From IMG/VR virus record IMGVR_UViG_3300027749_002876, positions 1 to 64,000 of that record: 64,000 bases of DNA; one strand, given 5' to 3'. Each line of letters starts with the position of its first letter. Position 1 is the stretch's first letter. Below the pieces are notes generated by a model. The model had not been told where the DNA came from and searched no databases. It worked only from the letters and a program-made list of their open reading frames with translations. Shown here piece by piece: positions 29,031-36,973 of this stretch. The translations under genes were made by a program, and so were the position numbers.

Positions 29031-29500
29031 TATTTAATCACATTAAAAAACTTAAAGCAGAAGGTAAACGAATTGGTATTACATTTAGTACTTTTGACAT
29101 GCTACACGCCGGACATGTTGCTATGTTAAGTGAAGCTAAAAATCATTGCGACTACCTTATCTGTGGATTACAAACTGATCCAACAATTGATAGGCCTGAT
29201 ACTAAGAACAAACCTGTACAAAGTATTGTAGAACGACAGATTCAACTTGCGGCTTGTCGCTATGTTGATGAAGTTGTTGTTTATCAAACTGAACAAGACC
29301 TAAGAGACTTGTTACTTATTCTTCCAGTAGATGTACGCATTTTGGGCGTTGAATATAAGGATAAAGACTTCTCAGGCGCAGAAGAATGCTATAATAGAAA
29401 CATTGAAATAGTATTTAATGGTCGTGACCATAGTTTCAGTTCAAGTAGTTTACGGAAACGAGTGGCTGATGCCCAAATCATTAACACTCTTAATAAATAA
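29027..29500 (+). CDS. glycerol-3-phosphate-cytidylyltransferase (TagD)-like protein
   Basis: STFDMLHAGH, RYVDEV, RDHSFSSS. Confidence 0.85.
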   Translation: MIFNHIKKLKAEGKRIGITFSTFDMLHAGHVAMLSEAKNHCDYLICGLQTDPTIDRPDTKNKPVQSIVERQIQLAACRYVDEVVVYQTEQDLRDLLLILPVDVRILGVEYKDKDFSGAEECYNRNIEIVFNGRDHSFSSSSLRKRVADAQIINTLNK

Positions 29501-29504
29501 CTAT

Positions 29505-29570
29505 AGCGGTCTTCGGACATCATCCCGCTTTACAAATTCTGCTGCCTATGCTATAATACAACATAGGAGA
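29505..29570 (+). ncRNA. candidate structured cis-regulatory RNA (preQ1-I-like pseudoknot + anti-SD hairpin) upstream of queD
   Basis: AGCGG/CCGCT stem, UUCG sub-loop, UUACAAA tail, CCTATG/CATAGG hairpin over AGGAG; begins 5 nt after TAAATA. Confidence 0.45.
29529..29557 (+). promoter_or_regulatory. sigma70-type promoter for queD
   Basis: TTTACA-17 nt-TATAAT with extended TG. Confidence 0.65.
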
Positions 29571-29574
29571 AAAC

Positions 29575-30057
29575 ATGGCAAACAAAAAATTCTTTTCAAC
29601 AAAGACATACAGACAAATAGGTCCTGTCGCATATCGTCAATGGCGTGCTGACAGTCATTGTAACTTAATTCATGGTTACGCTATGAGTTTCCACTTTGAG
29701 TTTGAAGCTGACACATTAGATGCTCGTAATTGGGTAACTGACTTTGGCGGTCTAAAGCCACTCAAAGAAGTATTAGAAGAATGGTTTGACCATACTTTAT
29801 TAGTTGCACAAGATGACCCTATGCGTGAACATCTGTTAGAACTAGGTAGATTAAAACTAGCTAAGATTACAGAAGTAGAACGTACTGGTTGTGAAGGTAT
29901 TGCTGACTTCTTATACGAATATATTAACACAATCTTTTTACCCAACTGCGGTAGCGAAGAAGCTAAACGTGTATGGTGCTGTAGAGTAGAGGTACGTGAA
30001 ACTGATAGCAATATGGCAGGACGTGGTGGTCACAGGGAAGATAGAGAGTTTGAATAA
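29575..30057 (+). CDS. queD: 6-carboxytetrahydropterin synthase
   Basis: CNLIHGY, DFGGLK, FDH, E-T motifs. Confidence 0.9.
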   Translation: MANKKFFSTKTYRQIGPVAYRQWRADSHCNLIHGYAMSFHFEFEADTLDARNWVTDFGGLKPLKEVLEEWFDHTLLVAQDDPMREHLLELGRLKLAKITEVERTGCEGIADFLYEYINTIFLPNCGSEEAKRVWCCRVEVRETDSNMAGRGGHREDREFE

Positions 30058-30473
30058 TGTTGAAAACAGAAATGGTAGATAAGGTAGGACATACCTTAGT
30101 AGACATATTTCATAGGCTTGCATTGTTTGCTATTGGTGCCGCAACAGTATGGGCAGCCGGATGTACTTTCGTTGAACTGTTTCAGAAACATCATGCCTCA
30201 GTCGGTGACCTGTTGTTGATGTTTATTTATTTAGAAATGGGTGCAATGGTAGGCATTTATTTCAAGACCAATCATATGCCTGTTAGGTTCTTGCTATACA
30301 TTGCAATCACAGCACTAACACGACATATGGTAGATATAATGAGTCATCAGCCAATTAACATTGTTGAAATGTTATCTGTAGCCGGTTCTACATTTGTTAT
30401 AGCAATAAGCGTATTAGTTATTAGATATACTAGTGCAAAATATCCTAGCAACAATAAAGACGAGGTAGCTTAA
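30057..30473 (+). CDS. psiE: phosphate-starvation-inducible PsiE-family membrane protein
   Basis: DLLLMFIYLE, PVRFLLYIAITALTR, four hydrophobic segments. Confidence 0.85.
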   Translation: MLKTEMVDKVGHTLVDIFHRLALFAIGAATVWAAGCTFVELFQKHHASVGDLLLMFIYLEMGAMVGIYFKTNHMPVRFLLYIAITALTRHMVDIMSHQPINIVEMLSVAGSTFVIAISVLVIRYTSAKYPSNNKDEVA

Positions 30474-30664
30474 TGAATAGTTTAGAAAAAATCTGGGCAA
30501 GAGCGACCGGTCATCTGATGGGTAATACAGATGATGATCGTCCTGACGTTCCCATTCTTACATTGGGTGAAGCAAGAATTGCATTGTTCCTAAAAACTTT
30601 CTGGGTGGTGTTACATGTGATAACATGTTGTTTCATCATAGCAAATACAATCAGACATTGGTAA
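30473..30664 (+). CDS. small membrane protein
   Basis: C-terminal hydrophobic helix, coupled ORF. Confidence 0.7.
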   Translation: MNSLEKIWARATGHLMGNTDDDRPDVPILTLGEARIALFLKTFWVVLHVITCCFIIANTIRHW

Positions 30665-30665
30665 T

Positions 30666-31514
30666 ATGGCACAATTAAAAATTTCAGAATTATTTTATAG
30701 TATTCAGGGTGAAGGTAGATACATGGGTGTTCCCTCTGTGTTCCTACGAACTTATGGATGTAATTTCACATGCGGTGGCTTTGGAATGTCTAAGGGAGAA
30801 ATGAGTAGTGAGAGAGATGTTATTGCAATTAAAGCAGAAGATTATACAGATTATAAATCCCTACCGCTTGTCAGCACAGGATGTGATAGTTATGCATCTT
30901 GGGACCCTCGTTTCAAACATCTTAGTCCTATGCTCACTACCGATAATATTGTTGGTAGTATTATGGATATACTCCCTCATAGTCGTTGGATGGATGAGCA
31001 CCTTGTTATCACGGGCGGTGAACCTCTGCTTGGATGGCAAAGAGCATATCCAGAATTACTTTCACATGAAAAAATGAGAAGTCTCAAAGAGATTACATTT
31101 GAAACTAATGGCACACAAGAACTCAGTCAAGATTTAAAAATATATCTACAACAATGGAAGATTTACAGAGAAAAAAATGCACTTACATTTAGTGTTAGTC
31201 CTAAACTAAGTATCAGCGGTGAAAAGTGGGAAGAAGCAATACTTCCCGATGTTATTACTCAATATGAAGACGTTGGTTTTGTATATCTTAAATTTGTTGT
31301 AGCGACAGAAGATGATGTACTAGAAGCAGAGAAGGCAGTTAAAGAATATCGTGTTGCAGGATTCAGAGGTCCAGTCTACTTGATGCCGTGCGGTGGTGTT
31401 GAAAGTATGTACAGTATGAATGCTAAGAATGTAGCGATTGCGGCAATGAAGCGTGGATGGCGTTATAGTGACAGACTTCAAGTGCCGTTGTTTAAAAACG
31501 AGTGGGGCACATAA
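30666..31514 (+). CDS. queE: 7-carboxy-7-deazaguanine synthase (radical SAM)
   Basis: ELFYSIQGEG, CNFTC...CD with insert, TGGEP, ETNGT, SVSPK. Confidence 0.92.
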   Translation: MAQLKISELFYSIQGEGRYMGVPSVFLRTYGCNFTCGGFGMSKGEMSSERDVIAIKAEDYTDYKSLPLVSTGCDSYASWDPRFKHLSPMLTTDNIVGSIMDILPHSRWMDEHLVITGGEPLLGWQRAYPELLSHEKMRSLKEITFETNGTQELSQDLKIYLQQWKIYREKNALTFSVSPKLSISGEKWEEAILPDVITQYEDVGFVYLKFVVATEDDVLEAEKAVKEYRVAGFRGPVYLMPCGGVESMYSMNAKNVAIAAMKRGWRYSDRLQVPLFKNEWGT

Positions 31515-31732
31515 TGCCACAAACACAATCATACGATCATTTCTATGAAAGAATGATAGGAGCCGAATATAAGTTTGCTTGGTTTCCAGAAACGTGTCAT
31601 TTGTCAGGTAAACGTGTTTGGTTAAAGAAAGGCTACAGATTAACTAGAATTATCACTGGCCCCGGCGATTCAATCTTTGAATATCGTTGGCACGACAAGA
31701 ACGAACATATAATTTGGAAATTAAAACAATGA
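31514..31732 (+). CDS. hypothetical protein
   Basis: TAATG-coupled; start refined from 31502. Confidence 0.7.
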   Translation: MPQTQSYDHFYERMIGAEYKFAWFPETCHLSGKRVWLKKGYRLTRIITGPGDSIFEYRWHDKNEHIIWKLKQ

Positions 31733-33054
31733 GAACATACGACAAACGTATTGGCTTTTTGGTAAGTTATCAAACATTGATACCGCATGGTGGTATAGGA
31801 CAGTTTGCTAAAAGCTTCTGTGAGTTGATGGATAGTCACAATATCAAAGTTGATATCATTACTGACAAAGAACCACAAGATAATGAATTTGTAAAATCAT
31901 TAAAAGCAAACATTATCAGTCCCAAAGAGTCATTGCCTTATACAACACACAGTAACATCTTTATGTATGGTGATACATTCTGTTATGAGCGTATGGCTAA
32001 CTTCCGTAATGCGATTATAGAAGCATTAGAACATAACTTGTACGATGTATTTGTTTGTAACACATATGAAGCAGTTCAGGTTGCTAGTACTATTGGTCTT
32101 GAAGATGTAATTCAAATCATTGCTTATACACATTTAGAAAGTCAAATCTTTAAAGATACTAAGAATCCATTCTTGTACAATACAAATGTGTTGATGCGCC
32201 AGCAGTTAGAAACAGAAAATATTTCTGTAGGTACGCAAAGTGTATTCAACTTGTTACATGTTAACGGAACGGCACATCATCTTCCTATTCCAATAACTGA
32301 ACGTGACTTGTTGACTGAGTATACAGGCGAGCGTGAAGGCATATTGTTTGTTGGTCGATGGGAAGAAGGAAAAAATCCTGAATTGTTTATTGATTTGATT
32401 GAACAAACCAAACTACCTGCTAAAGTAATGACTAGCCCCAATGGCGTAAAGAAGTTTGAAGAACGATTAAAGAAGATTGGTGCAACATACGATGTTCGTG
32501 CCAGCATTGTAGGACAAGATAAAGTAGATTTTATTAAGTCCAGTAGAATTGCATTTAATCCTAGTGTCGTTGAGAGTTATGGTATGGCATTCTATGAACA
32601 ATATATTCAATTACCTACACTTGTATTAGAGAATCAGCGTTGGACTAACAACTTTAATAACAGTTTTTTCTATACTTGTAACAAAAAGAACATGGCTGAG
32701 ACAGCAAAAGAGTTATATGATATCTTTGAAAAGACTGAAAGATGGTATAATCTTGGTTCACTAGAACATGCAAAGCAACAAGAATCTACAGTGTTTCACA
32801 AGTGGAACGAATGTTTTTCTGACTTTTCACCTAGAAATTCTAATACTAATACAGCTAAGATTTGCAATGAAACGACTACAACACATAAAGATTTTATTGA
32901 AAAGCTAGGTCGTAGTGTTATTTGTATTGATGATGTTCGTAGTGTGTTAACTAACAAACACAAGTTTCGTGTAATATATACAGACAATGACACATACTTG
33001 ACCAAAGACCCTAGTTTTGAACCAACAGAGGAAGAAAGTTTATTTTCATGGTAA
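31729..33054 (+). CDS. GT4-like glycosyltransferase
   Basis: HGGIG, FVGRWEEGKNP, PSVVESYGMAFYE. Confidence 0.85.
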   Translation: MRTYDKRIGFLVSYQTLIPHGGIGQFAKSFCELMDSHNIKVDIITDKEPQDNEFVKSLKANIISPKESLPYTTHSNIFMYGDTFCYERMANFRNAIIEALEHNLYDVFVCNTYEAVQVASTIGLEDVIQIIAYTHLESQIFKDTKNPFLYNTNVLMRQQLETENISVGTQSVFNLLHVNGTAHHLPIPITERDLLTEYTGEREGILFVGRWEEGKNPELFIDLIEQTKLPAKVMTSPNGVKKFEERLKKIGATYDVRASIVGQDKVDFIKSSRIAFNPSVVESYGMAFYEQYIQLPTLVLENQRWTNNFNNSFFYTCNKKNMAETAKELYDIFEKTERWYNLGSLEHAKQQESTVFHKWNECFSDFSPRNSNTNTAKICNETTTTHKDFIEKLGRSVICIDDVRSVLTNKHKFRVIYTDNDTYLTKDPSFEPTEEESLFSW

Positions 33055-33872
33055 AGAAAGTTTTAATCACAGGTAGTAGTGGCTACATAGGTAGTCATCT
33101 TGCAAAGATGCTTGAGAAAGAATATGAAGTCTATGGACTGGACGTTCGTCCCCCTCAAGTTGAGATGGAAAGATTCATGCAGGTGAATATCAATCAACCA
33201 TTTACTATTGAAGAAGAATTTGATTGTGTGATTCATTTGGCTGCATTGGTTCGTGTTAGTGAAAGTGAGTTGAAACCTATTCAATATTATATCACTAACT
33301 TGAATGGTACGATGAATGTAGTAAACAAGATTAAAACAAAAAACTTTATCTTTGCTAGCACAGGTCTTGCTGAGTATTGCTATGATCCATATGGTACTAG
33401 TAAGAAAGCCGCAGAAGATGTAGTGAAAGAATTTTGTACTACTCATCGTCCAACACCATATACAATCTTTAGATTTTATAACGTTATAGGAAGCACCGGC
33501 GCATCCCCTACTAACCCCGATGGGTTAATGTATAATTTGTTGAAGGCACGCGAGACAGGTGAGTTTACCGTGCACGGCAATGACTATGATACCCGTGATG
33601 GATCATGTGTGCGTGATTATGTTCATGTGAATGAAATTTGTGATGCATTGCAACATGCTATTGAAAACCCTAGCAATCAAATTGAATGTTTGGGACACGG
33701 TGTTGGTAGAACTGTTACCGAAATTGTAGATATGTTTAAGAAAGTCAACAATGTTGATTTCTCTGTTCAAGTAGGTCAAAGAAGAAAGGGTGATTTACCT
33801 TCAACCGTGTTAGAAGATGTATCACCCTATATGCAGAACTTGTATACGTTAGAAGAATTACTTAAAGTTTAA
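33048..33872 (+). CDS. galE: NAD-dependent epimerase (GalE-like)
   Basis: TGSSGYIGSH, YGTSK, FRFYNV, DGSCVRDYVHV. Confidence 0.85.
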   Translation: MVKKVLITGSSGYIGSHLAKMLEKEYEVYGLDVRPPQVEMERFMQVNINQPFTIEEEFDCVIHLAALVRVSESELKPIQYYITNLNGTMNVVNKIKTKNFIFASTGLAEYCYDPYGTSKKAAEDVVKEFCTTHRPTPYTIFRFYNVIGSTGASPTNPDGLMYNLLKARETGEFTVHGNDYDTRDGSCVRDYVHVNEICDALQHAIENPSNQIECLGHGVGRTVTEIVDMFKKVNNVDFSVQVGQRRKGDLPSTVLEDVSPYMQNLYTLEELLKV

Positions 33873-33874
33873 CT

Positions 33875-34807
33875 TTATAGTCCAATCTTGCCTGGATACA
33901 TTGGACCAGATTTGATTCTTTCACCACCGTCAAAATAAGAAATCTCAATTGGCAATGTGTCCCATCCAAGTTTTGCGGCTGCCATAATTCTATGATTACC
34001 TTCGTTAACCCACGCACTACCATCATATGCTACATTAATGAAGGGTTTATACTCTTCGCCGGTATGTCCGTGTAATGGTAATTTACCGGTGCTGTTCATT
34101 ATTTTCATTATGGCAGCAAGATCATTGTGACGAATATTTGATTGCTCACGGCGCATACCCGGTATTTGTCTTAGTATATTAACTGGAACATTAACATTCC
34201 TAACAGTAGCAGTAGTCTTGCCCATATAGGGTAGACCATTACGGTCAGGACTTTTACTTTTAGCATAATCAATAGCGTCTTGCAACCAATCTTCATTGGG
34301 TACATCTACGCTTAATACACCTTCTGTCATTTTATTCTGGGGTTTGTCATATGCTCTACGGTCAGTTAAATGATATTCCATTCCGTTGTTTTTGCTATAT
34401 TTCTGATATAAATCCCAATCAGGCAACAAGCGTTGAATCATCTTAGCATACAATCCAATACGGCTATCTTCTTTAGCGTTGAATGTAATTTCTTCTACTT
34501 TATCAAGACCATACTCTTTGATAAATTCACGTGTGATATCAACTGCGGTAGATAATACTTGTGCTGAATTGCCTGTGCCAGTACGCCCGAACAAGTCTAA
34601 ATATTCGGGATCAGTATCATTTCTTAACAAACGAAATTGTATTTCCCACTTAGTAGGGTTACTATGTGGATTACTAAAAGCAAGCCATTGATAATCTCTA
34701 TCACCTACTGTAAAATTGGCAGCGGCTTCTTCACCACCGCGAAACTTCCATTCCCAGTTCTTCTTACCCGGCTGAAATATTTCAGTAATGAATTCAGTGG
34801 CTCTCAC
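33875..34807 (-). CDS. two-module protein: domain shared with the 6765 polyprotein + ParB/Srx-like domain
   Basis: MRATEFITE start, MTE junction, EGNHRIMAA (ParB-type GxHR). Confidence 0.7.
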   Translation of the reverse strand: MRATEFITEIFQPGKKNWEWKFRGGEEAAANFTVGDRDYQWLAFSNPHSNPTKWEIQFRLLRNDTDPEYLDLFGRTGTGNSAQVLSTAVDITREFIKEYGLDKVEEITFNAKEDSRIGLYAKMIQRLLPDWDLYQKYSKNNGMEYHLTDRRAYDKPQNKMTEGVLSVDVPNEDWLQDAIDYAKSKSPDRNGLPYMGKTTATVRNVNVPVNILRQIPGMRREQSNIRHNDLAAIMKIMNSTGKLPLHGHTGEEYKPFINVAYDGSAWVNEGNHRIMAAAKLGWDTLPIEISYFDGGERIKSGPMYPGKIGL

Positions 34808-35358
34808 AGACTCTTACCCCAACGAGTGTTGATTACATTCCAGTTGATAATCTTCCACTGTTCTTTTAAGTATTTCTTTTTATCACTACCATAGTCTAGT
34901 ATAAAAGCATGTTCCCACCAGTCAATAAGCAACAGTATGTCATCACGTACTTCATGGTTTTTAATTGTTTTAACTGTGCCATCATATGCAAGATAGACCC
35001 AACCACTACCCTGAATCTTCATAGCAGTTTCTTCAAACTCTTTACAAAATGATTCAAAGCTACCAAACTTTTTATTGATAAATCCAAACATAGGGCCGTT
35101 TGGTTTATTGTTATTTCTTATTTCACGAAATTGCGGAAAGTATGTATTGTGCAAGAATGCACCAGCAAAGTTAAAATCAGGATCGCCTTCACCTTTGTTG
35201 TATCTTTTAGCATAGCCTTTGGCTAGAGTATCATAATGAAAATGAATACTTTCTTTACTAAGTACAGGTGCTAAATCACCCTCTTCAAAGTTAAGTGGAA
35301 TGATTTCTATATCTTGAGACTTTGACTTATCCTCAAGTAACTGAATCAAATCACGCAT
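34804..35358 (-). CDS. sod: Fe/Mn superoxide dismutase with capsid-targeting-like N-terminal extension
   Basis: LAPVLS...HFHY, FNFAGAFLHN, GSGWVYL, DWWEHAF. Confidence 0.9.
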   Translation of the reverse strand: MRDLIQLLEDKSKSQDIEIIPLNFEEGDLAPVLSKESIHFHYDTLAKGYAKRYNKGEGDPDFNFAGAFLHNTYFPQFREIRNNNKPNGPMFGFINKKFGSFESFCKEFEETAMKIQGSGWVYLAYDGTVKTIKNHEVRDDILLLIDWWEHAFILDYGSDKKKYLKEQWKIINWNVINTRWGKSL

Positions 35359-35359
35359 C

Positions 35360-36973
35360 TTAGTGTCTCAATAGCAATGTTGAAATAATGTTGGGATCGT
35401 TAGCACTGATGTCACCTTCACCTGGAGCAACGATAACATTGTACTTCATACCTGCCGGGATAGATTTACGCTTGGCCATGTACTCATCGTATGATAAGAT
35501 ACTGTTAGCACTTAGTCCATACTCACTAGCCAATCTTTGTTTTAGTTCAGGTAACTTGTCAGGTTGTACTTGCCATTGGCCACTTGACCCCTTAACTAGG
35601 TTTTTCTTTTCATCCTTAACTAACAAGTCTTGGAACAAATCATCTGGAACAATACGACTGTTCTTAGTTGTATCTAAGTTAGCGTCTTTAGCTTTAACTT
35701 GTTTCTCTTGACTTGTGTTAGCACCTTCACTCCAATTGATAATGAAGTTTGGTGGTTTCTGTGCAAGTGCGGCACCTGCCATCTTAGTGTAAGCATAGAA
35801 TTTAACGTCAGGATGCTTTGCAGCCATCTTCAATGCCATGTCTAGGTATTCTGGGCTAAAGAAGTCGCCTGCATCATGCCAGCGAATAGTAGTTTGCCAA
35901 CCATTAGGGAATTTCTTGTCACCCTTCTTACCCATTGCTTCTTCTTTAGATATCTCGGCACTTAACTGGTTAAAGAAACCACTTGGATCATTCAATAGAT
36001 ACGTTAATATTCTTCCGTCACTTTGCCAAGCAGCCTTGAACTGTACTTTACCACCCTTCATAGCGAAACAATCTACTTTACATGAGCCAGCACCCGGACA
36101 TGTGTTAACAATGATTAGATTGTTAGTAGATTCATCTACTGCGATACCAGTTAATGCGGCAAAGCCAACATTGAAGAATTGCTCAAACTCTCCATTGCTA
36201 TGCTTCATTTTTTCGTTTTGCTTTAGTAATGATTTTGGGCGTTGTGATAATGATTGTTTAATTTTATCTTCATCATATGTCTTACCATCTGGACCCAAGT
36301 ATTCAATGATACTTGACCGATGGATATAAGGCATCTTGTACTTGTCGCCTTTAGTCTTACCAGAGACATACTTCTCATTACCCTTTTTGTCTAATTTAAC
36401 TTGACCAGTCTTCTTGTCAATGTCATCAGTACCTTTAATACGATTCATATAGTCTTGGAACTCTTGACCTTTCAAATCACGGGTACTTGCTGGTAGTGTA
36501 GTAGCTTCTTCTAGACCAGATAGTTTACGAATTCTATCTAGTGTTTCTGAAATATCTTCTCCAAAACGTTTTTGATATACATTAGAATCCATTGAATTTC
36601 TACTACCAATAGTTTTCATTCCCTCACCGGCTAGCAATAAATCATACATTAATTTAATAACTTTTACAGGAGAAGTCAATGTGTCAACTCTATCATAGAA
36701 ATAAGCAATTTTTTCAGGCTTCATTCTACGAGCAGGCTTGCCTTTAATTAATTCTTTAGCACGTGCCTTAAGAGTGGCAAAATCACGAATTTTTTCTAAT
36801 TCATGTATATCATTTATATCAAAATTATCACCTTCAATATCTTCATCTACTTCTTCTTCCCCGGGCATATCGCCAGCTTTAGCAACAAATTGTTGAGGTG
36901 TCATAACTTGAACACCATTAACTGCTCCGGGTAGCTTTGGCGTCACACCTTCGTATAATTCTTTAAAGTTCAT
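35360..36973 (-). CDS. modular protein with C-terminal phage Gp88-like Cys-cluster domain
   Basis: TCPGAGSCKVDCFA, IRWHDAGDF, FYAYTK; MNFKELYE start; VDE/ISE/LEE junctions. Confidence 0.65.
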   Translation of the reverse strand: MNFKELYEGVTPKLPGAVNGVQVMTPQQFVAKAGDMPGEEEVDEDIEGDNFDINDIHELEKIRDFATLKARAKELIKGKPARRMKPEKIAYFYDRVDTLTSPVKVIKLMYDLLLAGEGMKTIGSRNSMDSNVYQKRFGEDISETLDRIRKLSGLEEATTLPASTRDLKGQEFQDYMNRIKGTDDIDKKTGQVKLDKKGNEKYVSGKTKGDKYKMPYIHRSSIIEYLGPDGKTYDEDKIKQSLSQRPKSLLKQNEKMKHSNGEFEQFFNVGFAALTGIAVDESTNNLIIVNTCPGAGSCKVDCFAMKGGKVQFKAAWQSDGRILTYLLNDPSGFFNQLSAEISKEEAMGKKGDKKFPNGWQTTIRWHDAGDFFSPEYLDMALKMAAKHPDVKFYAYTKMAGAALAQKPPNFIINWSEGANTSQEKQVKAKDANLDTTKNSRIVPDDLFQDLLVKDEKKNLVKGSSGQWQVQPDKLPELKQRLASEYGLSANSILSYDEYMAKRKSIPAGMKYNVIVAPGEGDISANDPNIISTLLLRH

